The notes under the pieces were generated by a model. The model saw nothing but the letters and a program-made list of their open reading frames with translations. It was not told the DNA's origin and made no database searches. 64,000 nt of DNA from Antechinus flavipes (taxonomy: Eukaryota): the NCBI RefSeq assembly GCF_016432865.1, contig NC_067402.1, positions 223,758,001-223,822,000 of the forward strand, read 5' to 3'. A program made the translations under genes and the position numbers. Positions 35,071-47,674 of the stretch are shown one piece after another; the first letter of the stretch is position 1, and every line of letters starts with the position of its first letter.

Positions 35071-35639
35071 CCATTCCATTTGGAGCTCAACTTGGCGTAT
35101 GGTGTTCGTGCTGAACAAAATCTAGTTTTCCTAGCAGATTTTGTCAAATAATCAGGTCTTATCCTTGATCTTTGGGGACCCTCCCCAAACATATGGGGAG
35201 AAGAGAGATGGGCCAGTACAGGAGTGATTGCCTAGGAGAGAACTGAGGATTGGAGGGACTGGAAGTCCGGTGGGAGGACCAAGAACAGGGTTTGATGAGA
35301 GAAAACGCGAGGGAGAGGTGGAAAGTTCATTATGATCAGATATGAGGATTTCAAAGTTCTGAACATGGAGATGGCACATTTGCGGCAAGATGGCAAGATC
35401 AAAGATCTGACAAGTTTGGTGCGTCACTGCGCCGGGCCATCCCTCTTGCTTCTCTTCAAGCCTGCGTCATGTTCCCCAAAATGCAGGATTTTCCTCCTGG
35501 TTCAGTTTTCAAACCCTGGAGAACTAAATTGGGTATTTTTTTTTAAGTAGAATTTATTTAAAAGCCACAGAATACAAGGGGATAGTCCAAAAGGAAGTGG
35601 CTGATAACTGGCTCCGAAGCACCCCCCTTTTTGTCCCCC

Positions 35640-35908
35640 CGACAAAGTTTCACCCTTCAATAACCTGCAGCCCCCTCCTTGCTGACGTATTCACGCAGCT
35701 TCCTCTGCAGGACGCTAGGGGAAGCGCGAGAAGCAACCGGAAATCCCCCCCCACCCTGCTTCGCGCTCAAGGCCCACTTCCGTCGAGCGTGGAGGCGGCG
35801 GTGTTTGTCCCGCGCGGCGACCCGTCCGCGGTTCGTCTCCAAGTCCAGCGCGCGTGGGACCCGCGGGAAAGTGGGACGGGCCAGCTCCTGGCCGAGCCGC
35901 CTTGCAGG
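35640..35908 (+). promoter_or_regulatory. AAAS: AAAS CpG-island promoter and 5' UTR
   Basis: CRE-like TGACGTA at 35683-35689, ETS sites ACCGGAAAT at 35736-35744 and CACTTCCG at 35775-35782. Confidence 0.75.
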
Positions 35909-36031
35909 ATGTGCTCCCTTTCGTTGTTCCCACCGTCACCACCCTGGGACCAAGTGACGCTTTACGAATACAACAACGAGCTGGTGACCGGTGACAACTA
36001 TGAAAGCCCGCCCCCCGACTTCCGGGGTCAG
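35909..36031 (+). CDS. AAAS: AAAS (aladin, WD40 nucleoporin) exon 1; full protein 544 aa
   Basis: [41 protein letters not shown] then GTAATT donor. Confidence 0.97.
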
Positions 36032-36469
36032 GTAATTTACTAGGCTTACACGCCTGAGAGACCGGAACCTACATCAAATTGCCTGCCGTCTCGAGGGGAA
36101 GGGGAGAGAAAAATCTGAAACACAAAATCTTGCAAAAATAAATGTTGAAAACTATTTTTACATGTATTTGGAGAAATACAATGTTACTGAAGAAAAAATA
36201 ATCTTTGGTAGTTTAATTGGTATGGCATTGAATAGGTAATTGTCATTTTTATCATGTGGATCTGGCCTTCCCATGAGCAATTAATATTTTTCTGATTAAT
36301 TTGATCTCTCTTTGTGTGAAGAGTTGTAGTGCCCTTTCTGTTGTTCTGTGCTGTACCTTTATTGAGGGAGGTTAGGGAGAAAGGAAGGGATGGATATTAT
36401 TTTGGAGTTTGGAAGTTCATATAAATCCAAAGGAACAAGAGGAGAAAAGCTAAATCCTTGCCTCCGCAG

Positions 36470-36597
36470 TGGATCAACCTTCCTGTTCTACATCTAACAA
36501 AAGACCCCCTCAAGACCCCTGGCCGTCTGGACCATGGCACCAAAACGGCTTTCATCCATCACCGTGAAAGTATCTGGAAGAGATGTATCAATGCCTG
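36470..36597 (+). CDS. AAAS: AAAS exon 2
   Basis: [42 protein letters not shown]; AG/GT boundaries. Confidence 0.96.
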
Positions 36598-37271
36598 GTG
36601 AGAGCAGGGGCAGGAATCAGCAGGCACTGGGGGAGTAGAAGCGCCTTTATTTGAAGATTGTTGTGTCATTGTGATCTCCCCTAGTCTAAACCATTGATCA
36701 CATCCTTATTCCCTAACCTATGAAAGATGAGCATCAAGGGTCTCTCTCTATTCTTGCTCTGGTTCCTCTGAGAGCGTTGGAAAGAGCCCTGCAGAGTTGG
36801 AAGAGCCGTGCTCAAGTGAATACTTCCCGCCTGTCATATCCTAGGCCTCAGTTTCCTCATTTGTAAAATGGAGCAATTGGAATAAAGGGTTCCTTCTAAG
36901 TAGAAATCCTGGGATTTGCATTTAATTACCCCAGACCCTTGTCTCCCTCTGCCACCTCCTCCATCCCCCCATCTATCTCTGCACTGTGCTCAACATTGTT
37001 GTATTCTATTCGTTTGTACTTGTTTGTATTTGGCAAGTCTCCTTAGAATATTCTGAGTGTTCCCTTCCCAGCTCTCCAGCCCGGGGCAGTCCGGCGCCCG
37101 CCTTTTGTTTGTCTACACTGTTTTCCTACAGTGTCTCATATGGTGCTTTACATGTAGAGACTTTTGAGCAAATGACCCACTTTTGATGCCCTGAAAGGCA
37201 GGTGTGGGGAGGCAGAGGGCAAGGGAAGGTGAGCGCCCCAGCCCCAGCCTCAGCCTCTCTGTTCCCCGCAG

Positions 37272-37327
37272 GCGGGACATGGGGGTTTCCGGTGTGCTGA
37301 ATGAAGTGGCTAACTCTGAGGAAGAAG
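37272..37327 (+). CDS. AAAS: AAAS exon 3
   Basis: RDMGVSGVLNEVANSEEE; AG/GT boundaries, frame continuous. Confidence 0.95.
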
Positions 37328-37682
37328 GTGAGTCATTCTCTACTGCTACCCCTCCCCCCCTCTGTAATGAAGAATGATAAGATCGATATATAGATATGTA
37401 TCTATCTATGATATACAAGAATAGCATGTATTTAGGTCCACAGGATGCTTTCCTCATAAACTTCAAGGGCCTTTCCCCACACCTATCTCTGAACCTCAGC
37501 TCTCCATTGAAAACTTAGTGTTCTTTTCCCCCACCCCCATCTTCATTGCTATCTGTCACTCCCACTTAATATCCCATGGAGGATGTCTTCAGATCACCCC
37601 AGAAAAGGGCCAGTCGCAGACTAAAAGGATGACAAGTCCTCCTGGGATGGTTCAGTGATGGCTGTCTCCTTCGGCCCCGCAG

Positions 37683-37774
37683 TGTTCAAGTGGGTGAAGA
37701 CGGCATCAAGCTGGGCCCTGGCTTTGTGTCGATGGGGCGCTTCCCTCCATGGATCCCTGTTTCCCCATCTGTCA
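37683..37774 (+). CDS. AAAS: AAAS exon 4
   Basis: [30 protein letters not shown]. Confidence 0.96.
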
Positions 37775-37988
37775 GTGAGTTTGTGCTCCTCTCCACCCCC
37801 TCTTTGAAAACTGGGGCGGGGAAGGGAGGGGAGGAAAGGTCTTGGTGACCGTGACCTGTGCAGGGTGGCTTTCATTCCCTTTGAGAGAGAAAATGGTGAG
37901 CTCCTCTCAAGGGGTGAGGGGGATGTCAGGAAGGGGGTAGCGTCCTTCTATCCCTGCTCGCCATCCTTGTTCCTTTCCACTCTTCTAG

Positions 37989-38035
37989 CTTCGGAGTGAA
38001 GATCTGATTGCGGAGTTTGCCCAGGTCACAAACTG
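37989..38035 (+). CDS. AAAS: AAAS exon 5
   Basis: LRSEDLIAEFAQVTN. Confidence 0.96.
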
Positions 38036-38039
38036 GTGA

Positions 38040-38312
<273 letters not shown>

Positions 38313-38678
38313 TGAGCATGTGGGGCAGGGAAGCCCAGGTTTCCTGACTGGGGTCAGAGATTTCTAGGACTTGTTGTCTGGCCCTGGCTCCAGAAGACTC
38401 CTAGACTTCCCCCCCCTAGAATCCTTTAAGAATTTAAGCGTTCCCCATTGTATATGTGTGTTGGGGGGACAAGACCTGAGAAATTTCTGAGCTTCTCTAA
38501 AGGTTTGCCATGTTTCCTTTTCTCAGACCCCTGTTCTAGCAGCTTTCCCTCTGTATTCTTCCCTCTTGGACCTATTTCCCTGACTGATCCTCTTCCCCAC
38601 TCAAAGTCCCCTTTTGTCTCCCCCTCCCTTTACTCCTGTCCCTGGCCCACTCCTTTTTTTGTTTTTTTCTCCTCAAAG

Positions 38679-38822
38679 CACCATAGTTCCCTCTCTCAAG
38701 CACCGCCTACAGCGAAATGTGGCCGCCCTGGCCTGGAAGCCCCTCAGTGCCTCGGTGCTGGCTGTGGCTTGTCAAAGCTGTATCCTCATCTGGACCCTGG
38801 ATCCCAACTCTCTGTCCACCAG
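38679..38822 (+). CDS. AAAS: AAAS exon 7
   Basis: [47 protein letters not shown]. Confidence 0.97.
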
Positions 38823-39159
38823 GTAAATTCCTTCCCTGCTCTTCCCTATCCTGCCCTGAGCTTCCCCCACGGTTCTTTTGCCCCCCCCCCCGGGCAGCCT
38901 AAGGACTTTTGTGAATGGGGAAGTGGAAGGAGATCATCCTGGAGGAAGAGAAAACCAGCCTTTTCAATCTGGGCTCTCTGAGGGGATCAGGGATTTGGTG
39001 GGGGAGCTTCCTAGCTGGAGCCTGAAATTAAGAATGAAATCCTGAAATGGGATTTGAAAAGAATAGAAGGTAGAGGCGGTGTCACCGAGTGAAGCTGCTG
39101 GCAGAAAAGGATCAGGCATCTTTGCCCAGTCCGCGCAGGCGCTGAGCTGAGATGATGCC

Positions 39160-40280
39160 TAAAAGGCAGCAAAGTGATACAGTGGATGGAGTACTGGGCC
39201 TGCAGTCTGGGAGGCCTGAGTTCAAATCTCCCCTTACATACTTGATTGCTTTGTGATCTTGGGTAAGCCCCTTTTTCCCTCAGCTTCCTCATCTGTAAAA
39301 TTTGTTATGAGGGATGGTTCCATGGTAGGAAGTCAAGGAATATATTCAAAAATGGAAGTGATGTAAAAACCAAAATAAACCATTTTTTTCCTTCATTACC
39401 CCATTTGGGGCTTTTTTTTTTTAATTAAAGCTTTTTATTTTCAAAACATAGGCATGGATAATTTTTCAACATTCATCCTTGCTAGACCTTATGCTCCAAA
39501 TTTTCTTACCCTTTCCCCACACCTTCTACCCTAGATGGCAAGTAATCCAATATATATTAAACATGTTAAAAATATGTTAAATCCAATATTTGGATTCATA
39601 TTTATACAATTATCTATACAAGAAAAAAAATCAAATCAAAAAGTAAAAAAATGAGAAAGAAACCAAAATGCAAACAAACAACAAAAGGAGTGAAAATGCT
39701 AAGTGGTGATCCACACTCAGTTCCTACAGTCCTCTCTCTCTTTCGGTGTAGATAGCTCTCTTCATTACAAGTTCTAATGCTCATTGGAACTGTAAGCCAT
39801 GCTTTTTTTTGGTTTGTTTTATTTTTAATAATTATAACTTTTTATTGACAGAACCCATGCCTGGGTAATTTTTTACAACATAACCCCTGTTCTGACTTTT
39901 CCCCTCCCTCTCTCCACCCCTCCCCCAGATGTCACAGTATATCCTAGATAGAATATATGTGTGCAGAACTGAACAGTTCTCTTGTTGCACAGGAAGAATT
40001 GGATTCAGAAGGTAAAAATAACCTGGGAAGAAAAACAAAAATGCAAACAGTTTACATTCATTTCCCAGTGTTCTTTCTTTGGGTGTAGCTGCTTCTGTCC
40101 ATCATTGATCAATTGAAACTGAGTTAGATCTTCTCTTTGTCAAAGAAATGTAAGCCATGTTTTAAAAAAGAAAAAATAATAGCACCTACCTCTCATTGTG
40201 GGGATCAAATGAGATAATAATTGCAAAGTGCTCAGCAGAATGTCTAGCTAGCAACATGATAAATGCTGTATAAATTTTGG
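39160..40280. mobile_element. CORE-SINE split by nested L1 3' fragments in AAAS intron 7
   Basis: SINE 5' half at 39160-39300 and 3' half from about 40170; antisense L1 tails at 39410-39790 and 39802-40148, the latter with TSD TGTAAGCCATG at 39791-39801 and 40149-40159. Confidence 0.75.
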
Positions 40281-41118
40281 CTATCATTATAAGAAGGAAA
40301 AGGAGATTCTCAACTATCCCACTGTTTAGATGAGGGCTAGGTAGCCCCTCCTCTATTCATGGGTGAAATAGAATTTCTTGAAGACTATAATAACAATAAC
40401 CTTGACCTCATTAATCTAGTATTTGCTTTTTTTGTTGTTGTTCCAGTAAGTTTATATATTTTTAATAGACATCGATTCATAAAGCAAAGGGAGAGAAAAA
40501 TCAGAGCAAAAGGGAAAAACCATGGGAGAGATAAACAACCAGAAAAAAGAAGTGAACATAGTATGTGTTGATTTATATTCAGTCTCCTTAGATATTTTTC
40601 TGGATGCAGATTAATCAAGTATTTCCTAACTTGACAAGTCAGGAAATATTTCCAAATCATTTTTCTTTTTAAAAAATGACTTATTTTGGTTTTTACATCA
40701 CCTTCCATCTCTGAACATCTGTGACTTCCTACCCTGGAACCATCCCTTATAACAAAAAGCCAAAGCATGTCCACAAAACTGACTACCGTATTGTTCATCT
40801 GAGCCTGACAGTGAGAACTCTTGTGTCCCCTTGATCCCTTGCCTCAGCAGGGAAGGGAGACTCTTCCTCAAAGTTAGGGAAGCTCATTTGGTCTCATGGG
40901 AGCCTCTTCTTCATCCTGCCTTCTTCAGGGGATTGGATCATGGTGTTTTCATCCTAGCCCTTTCGTGATAATAGATGGCTTGCAAGGGATGAGAAGTTTT
41001 GGCTGAGATTCAACCCAGGAAAAGCTGGGAAGCTGAACTCCTGGGTTTCCCTGGGCTACCTTGTCACTTTCTCAATGTCTCACTCTTTTTTTTTTTTTTC
41101 AATGTCTCACTCTTGCAG

Positions 41119-41239
41119 ACCCTCCTCAGGCTGTGCCCAGGTGCTTTCCCACCCAGGACACAGCCCTGTCACCAGCTTGGCTTGGTCCCCCAATGGAGGA
41201 CGACTACTTTCAGCCTCACCTGTAGATGCTGCTGTCTTG
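41119..41239 (+). CDS. AAAS: AAAS exon 8
   Basis: [40 protein letters not shown]. Confidence 0.97.
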
Positions 41240-41927
41240 GTGAGTTGTCCCCCAACCCCGTGTCCCTTTGCTTCTGGAAATACCGTTTTTCCTGATGAGA
41301 GCAAGACAATGTTTGGAGCTCTATTTTCTATGATCTAGGCACTCATTAAATACCTGTTCCATGTCAGAAACAGCCCTGAGTGCTGGAGATACAGTCAGAC
41401 ATTTTTTGTTCTCGAGGAGTTCACAATCTAAGGGGCAGGGGTCGGGGGAGACACTGCACTTCTGTAGAGAGACGAGGTACTGTGGGATAAATTGGAGAGA
41501 AGCTCAGCATTAGCATTAAGGAGAACTTGGAAAGGCCTCAGAGGAAGCCAGGAAGCAAGGAGGAGGCAGAAGCTTGCAGCCATGAAGGGACAGCCAGGGA
41601 AAAAGATCTGAACAGCAGGGGGCCAGCGTCCTCGGATTGTAAAGGCAGGAAGGGCCAGGTTATGTAGGGCTAGAGAAGCCAAGAGGAGATTTTATATTTA
41701 TCTGGCAGTAGTAGGGAGCCCCTGTCATTGACTGGATAGAGGGTGGATATGGTCATCATTGTGGCAGGCTGGTAGAGGATGGATCTGAGTGGGAAGGCCC
41801 TGGGGGAAGACAGTCAGCTGCCAGGTTATTGCAGCTATGCAGCTGTCCTTAGCCCAGACTCATTCCCTACAATCCTGTCAAGCCTTTAGTTCCCAGCTCT
41901 CCTGGACCTATAAAAACACTTTAGGAA

Positions 41928-42078
41928 GGAGCAGCTGGGTGGTGCAATGAGTAGAGTACCAGCTCTGGATTTGGGAGGACCTGAACACAAATCTGGTCTC
42001 GGACATTTAACATATACAAGCTGTTGTGACCTTGGGCAATCACTTAATCCCAATTGCCTCAAAATCAAACAAAACCAT
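41928..42078 (+). mobile_element. Short marsupial SINE (WSINE1/Mar3-like)
   Basis: GGAGCAGCTGGGTGGTGCAATG head, GTGACCTTGGGCAATCACTTAATCCCAATTGCCTC and an A-rich tail. Confidence 0.75.
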
Positions 42079-42102
42079 TTGGGACATAATTGGGGATCTT
42101 GA

Positions 42103-42264
<162 letters not shown>

Positions 42265-42271
42265 TGAGTGA

Positions 42272-42709
<438 letters not shown>

Positions 42710-42814
42710 GTAAGAAGTGTCTTCAAGGGAGAACAGAGGGCCCAGAACATTCTTAATAGGCCCAACCTTTGGGGATTGGGAGGGTAGGGGAACAGGGACA
42801 GTCACATCCCCTGA

Positions 42815-42997
<183 letters not shown>

Positions 42998-43004
42998 TGA
43001 GTGA

Positions 43005-43160
<156 letters not shown>

Positions 43161-43237
43161 TAGCTCATCCCGGTTTCAGCCCACAAACCTGCCCCAAGTT
43201 CTTTACTCTCTATCTATCCGTGCCTCCCTTTTTGCAG

Positions 43238-43319
43238 CAAACCCACGTGTCCGACATGGCAAGCCTGTCATTCTGCTGTTCCGAACCCGAAATAGTCCCG
43301 TGTTTGAACTGCTTCCCTG
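43238..43319 (+). CDS. AAAS: AAAS exon 14
   Basis: [26 protein letters not shown]. Confidence 0.96.
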
Positions 43320-43414
43320 GTGAGGATCCCTTAAGCTCCCCCCACCCCCAGTGCAGCATCACAGTCTCTATTCCCTCCTGCCCTTCTCACTTCTCACCTG
43401 CCTTGCTCCCCCAG

Positions 43415-43499
43415 TGGTATTGTGCAGGGGGAGCCAGGAGCCTGGGCCCAGCTGATCACCTTTCACCCATCCTTCAACAAAGGAGCTCTGCTCAGTGTG
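43415..43499 (+). CDS. AAAS: AAAS exon 15
   Basis: [28 protein letters not shown]. Confidence 0.96.
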
Positions 43500-43603
43500 G
43501 TGAGAAGGGGAAACCTTGATGGGTGGAGACGGGATCTGTGGGGATGAGGGCTTTGGAGGCTGGGTTCAATACTTCCATCTTCCCTCTTGCGATTTCCCTA
43601 CAG

Positions 43604-43822
43604 TGCTGGTCCACAGGCCGGATTGCCCACATTCCCTTGTACTTTGTCAATGCCCAGTTCCCACGATTTAGTCCCATGCTGTGCCGGACTCAGGAGCCCC
43701 CTGCTGGGGGAGGTGGCTCTACCCATGTGCCTCTGTTTACTGAGACAGCCCCCATCTCTAGCCCCTGGGATCCCTCTTCAGGAACTTCTTGGTCCCACTC
43801 TCCCACCAGCCATCTTCAATAA
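43604..43822 (+). CDS. AAAS: AAAS exon 16 (last)
   Basis: [24 protein letters not shown]...SHSPTSHLQ then TAA. Confidence 0.96.
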   Translation, partial: CWSTGRIAHIPLYFVNAQFPRFSPMLCRTQEPPAGGGGSTHVPLFTETAPISSPWDPSSGTSWSHSPTSHLQ

Positions 43823-43823
43823 A
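43818..43823 (+). terminator. AAAS: AAAS poly(A) signal overlapping the stop codon
   Basis: CAA TAA A contains AATAAA; U-rich tract follows. Confidence 0.75.
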
Positions 43824-43942
43824 CAAACATTCTCTTTATTTCCCTTCATTTCTGGTCTGTTTTTCTTAACAAAGTAGGGACTGGGCACTTTAGAGAACGA
43901 GAGGAAATTAAAGACAGAGAACACAATCACTGTGCTGAGAAT

Positions 43943-43948
43943 TTTATT
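43943..43948 (-). terminator. MYG1: MYG1 poly(A) signal overlapping the stop codon
   Basis: Minus strand CAA TAA AA; GU-rich TGATTGTGTTCTCTGTCTTT follows. Confidence 0.75.
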
Positions 43949-44136
43949 GAGATTCAGCAGAAGGCAGAGGTGTTAGGCGCTGGGCCAGAGTGGCACGGGC
44001 CATGCTCAGGGCACCTTCTCTGGTGCGGTGCCCCCCGATAAAGCCATTGGCATGAACAAAAATGCAGCCAGGAATCCCACTAATCTGGTCCAGGGCCTCA
44101 TCCCGAAGGCCCTGCCACTGCTCAGGCAGGGGTAGT
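43944..44136 (-). CDS. MYG1: MYG1 exon 7 (last)
   Basis: LPLPEQWQGLRDEALDQISGIPGCIFVHANGFIGGHRTREGALSMARATLAQRLTPLPSAESQ then TAA. Confidence 0.96.
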
Positions 44137-44259
44137 CTGCAAGCAAAGAGAGCACACCAGAGATGGAACAAGGGAGAGGGCAGGACAAATGGGGTAACCA
44201 AGAATGGAAGGGGTAGAACTGGAAACTGAGGCAGTATCCAGCTAGGAAATAGGTGAACA

Positions 44260-44680
44260 AGTCAGTCATGGTTTATGATTGTGATGGAACATTATGGTGG
44301 AGTAAGAAATGATAATGGGAATGGTTTCAAAGAAACCTAGGAAGATTTGTATAAACCGCAGCAGGGACAAGTAAACAGAATCGGAACAATTTATACACCA
44401 GCAACATTGTAAAGGCATAAGAACCTTGCAAAAACCAATAACTTGTGGTTCCGGGAGACCCAAGATGAGCATATTATCTACCTCTTGGCAGAAAGGGGAT
44501 GGACTTCATACAAACCAATATACATTTTTGGACAAAGCCAATGTGGAAAATTATTTTGCTTGATACACATTTGTTAAAAAAAAGTTTGGTCTTCCTTCCC
44601 CCTCCCAGCCAGGGGGATATATGTAGAGAGAGAAGAGAAATAAATGTTAATTGAAAAAAATAAGCTAAACCAAAAAAAAG
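44260..44680 (+). mobile_element. Old L1 3' fragment in MYG1 intron 6 (antisense to the gene)
   Basis: Degenerate L1 3' motifs similar to 51900-52400. Confidence 0.55.
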
Positions 44681-44809
44681 GATAAGGGATTATAATGGGA
44701 TTGTAAGGCAACAAAAGGCATTACAAAAGTTTTGAATAAAGGGGGACTGGGGACTGGGGACTTGAGCCTCAAAGGCTTGGGAAAAGGACCTGACAATCTA
44801 GGACCTTAC

Positions 44810-44991
44810 CTGCTTTCAAAGGAGTGCACTTCTTTTGGTACACATTGTACCCGCCATTGTCCATTCTGATCAGGGTAGAGAACAAATGCAATGGGCACTA
44901 AAGGGGTCAGCCCAGGTTCAAGATCAAACAAATGGTCCTTCCAGGGACAACCACCTTGAGACAGCTCTATAATTTCTCCACTTGGGTCCAC
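44810..44991 (-). CDS. MYG1: MYG1 exon 6
   Basis: VDPSGEIIELSQGGCPWKDHLF...QWRVQCVPKEVHSFES. Confidence 0.96.
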
Positions 44992-45189
44992 CTTGGAGAA
45001 GAAAGTTGGAGTTAGGCATAGAGTCAAATTTCATTCTCTTACTGCCAATAGTAATTGTTGTGACTGCTCTTAAAACAAAAATAAAATAAACTACCTGGGT
45101 TCCTCTACCATCTCAAATATTTGTAATGGGCTTGGCACATGTGCATTGATATGCATTAGACATTTAATAATTGTTCCTCCCTTCCCTAC

Positions 45190-45312
45190 CTGGAATCGAT
45201 TTGCCAGGGCTTCCTCCACAAGGGCCCGGGCAGGTAACCAGCTTCGCTTATAGAAATCCAATCTTTGTACAAACTCCTCTCGTACTAGGTCCATAGCACA
45301 ATGAAAGCCTGC
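45190..45312 (-). CDS. MYG1: MYG1 exon 5
   Basis: AGFHCAMDLVREEFVQRLDFYKRSWLPARALVEEALANRFQ. Confidence 0.96.
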
Positions 45313-45412
45313 CTGTGAATGGGAGAAAAGTCAATATGTAGTTCCCAACCTTGTAAGAAAAAATAGAACTCTTATTCTCAGGCCCCTCCACCTCTTCATG
45401 TCTTCTTCCTAC

Positions 45413-45565
45413 CTCTGTGTCCTGATTTGGCTGGTTCCAGGTAGGGTTAAGCCGGGCAACCCGAGCACTCAAGGTGGTGGTCAGTGCATAACGAGGCTTT
45501 CCTCCCTCCCACTGGGAGATCCCATTGTCCACTGCATCTACTTCCTCCACAAAATATTCATACAT
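45413..45565 (-). CDS. MYG1: MYG1 exon 4
   Basis: MYEYFVEEVDAVDNGISQWEGGKPRYALTTTLSARVARLNPTWNQPNQDTE. Confidence 0.97.
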
Positions 45566-46944
45566 CTGTTGGAAAGGACAGAGATTTGGGGTCTGGGTCA
45601 CTTAGGGAAAGAAGGCAAGTCTCTCCTTGGTGTCATTTCAGGGATATGGCTTCAAAGGCACAAGCTCCTTTTTGTTCCAGCAATTATCCCTGGTTGAAAA
45701 ATGAGGAAACCTGGAGCCTTAGAGCAGGTAGATGACTTTCCCTCAATCAGAGTTAAGGAAAGGTGGAGCCCAGACTATGTTCATTATCTTTTTGGAGGCC
45801 ACAGGTCTAAGATGTGCTGGCTTAGAATTGGGAGAAAGCCCTTCTTATAGCAGACTGGTCCTGACTTTCTTGCATTTGTACAAGCTGCTCCACACCTCTC
45901 TGGGACTCCCTGGCTTCAAGTAAAATGGAGATAACTATTCTATTTTTTTACACTGTGGTGAAGAAATACAGTACCATGTCAAAAGTGCTTTGAAAAGTGA
46001 AAAATGAGACTCAAATGTCTTACCAGCATGAGTTACAATACTGTAATTCTCCTAATCATCTTAAGCAACATGACATGGTGAAAAAGGGCACTAGATTTGA
46101 AGCCTGGAACATGGTTCTGGAGTGTGGCCCTGAGCCCATCAGCATTCATTTCTGATATAAAAGGGAATGTAGTATTGGTAAACCAAGACATTTGGTGTTT
46201 CCAAAATGAGTTCATAAAAGGGGAGAAATGTGCTGTTCTTTTTTACTACAATATTTATTTTCCCCAATGATAAAACAGCACCAATATGGCAAACAAAATA
46301 TTTAGTAAGGCAGTTTTCTCAAGCTATAACCATGAGGTAAGTGTTCCATGTACATTATTTCCATTTTATAGATGAGGAAAATACAGTTTCTTAGAGAAGT
46401 GTCATGCCCAAAGCTCCTGGAGAATTCAAGCTTTCTGGCTTCACATTTCTCACCAAATCCTGTTACTTGGTTCCTTACTGCTCAGGACTAAGAAAGGGTT
46501 TCTACATTCTCAAATACATTTGAATTTTATTTTAAAATGTAAATAATCTTTCTTAGCTCAAGGCCATATAAAAGCAGGAGGCAGGCTGGATTCTTCCTCA
46601 GATTTGGGCTGGTAATTTCCAACGTGCCGCAAAGTGTGGATTTATGTGGGTGGGGAAGACCGGTGAGATTAGTTTAAGGCTAAAACCTGACCATTCTCGA
46701 TTCCCTTCTACAGGAGAGATGACCATACTTAGTTTTCACTTTTTCCGATTTCGGGCCCAGTGCTCTTGCTTCACCGCAGCCAGAAGCAAGAGGAATAACG
46801 ACAGTATCGTTCCCATGCGGCAAAAATGCCTAAAGCAGCTCGACTTTTAGGCCCTCTTGCAAGGCGCCTTTCATGCTAGCTCATCTGACTCCGGCCAAAG
46901 GCCCCGGGCATCTCTCGCCGTGGGTCACCCGCGGGGCTCCCCAC

Positions 46945-47104
46945 CTTGTCATAGAGAGTATCCACAATTCGGTCATCTATGCTAGTCTCCAGTAGCTGGG
47001 CCAGGAGCCTCTGGCCAAAGTGCAGATAGACCAGTCCCGCGCTGCTCAGCTTCGTCTGCCACGGCTTCCCGGGCCGCAGGGAGCTCATGGACTCGGTGAA
47101 AGAC
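46945..47104 (-). CDS. MYG1: MYG1 exon 3
   Basis: SFTESMSSLRPGKPWQTKLSSAGLVYLHFGQRLLAQLLETSIDDRIVDTLYDK. Confidence 0.97.
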
Positions 47105-47202
47105 CTAGGGAAGGGAAGGCAAGGCAAGGCGGGGCTCTAGGGGGCCGGTGGGGCAGTGCGGCCATGCGGGCCCGAGGCCGCGGGGGCGAAGGGGGCCCGC
47201 AC

Positions 47203-47315
47203 CTCTGGTGGTGGTCATAGCGGTGCCTCTGCGGATCGTATTCGCCACCCACATCCACCACAACGTCGCAGGTGGCCAGCAGCGCCGGGTCGCGGGTGCG
47301 CAGGATCTCCGCCTC
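47203..47315 (-). CDS. MYG1: MYG1 exon 2 (DHH motif)
   Basis: EAEILRTRDPALLATCDVVVDVGGEYDPQRHRYDHHQ. Confidence 0.97.
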
Positions 47316-47455
47316 CTGTGAAAAAAAAGGAAAGGGGGGAGGGGCGTGAGGCGCGCGCACGCTCAGGCCTCATGGTCACGCGCGCATGCAAGGAGGAGGG
47401 GAAAGGAGCCCCGACCCGCCCCCCGGGCCCCGCGCGGGGCAGCCGGCCGCGGTAC

Positions 47456-47674
47456 CCGGTACTCGGGCAGCAGCCTCAGCAACGCGCACGCCAACGCTTC
47501 GTCGCAATGGAAGGTGCCGTTGTGGGTCCCGATGCGGGGCCGAGCCGGCGCCATGGGTTCAGCGCGGGGCCGCTTGGGGGACGGGGCGGGCTCGAGGCCC
47601 AGCCGGCGAGAGGCTCGCAGAGGCGTGGAGGGGAGCGCCAGGAAAAGGAGGCTGCGGAGGAAGAGGTGACCCAT
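47456..47674 (-). CDS. MYG1: MYG1 (C12orf10, DHH-family exonuclease) exon 1; full protein 380 aa
   Basis: [10 protein letters not shown]...PSPKRPR (NLS-like)...[26 protein letters not shown] then GTACCG donor. Confidence 0.95.
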
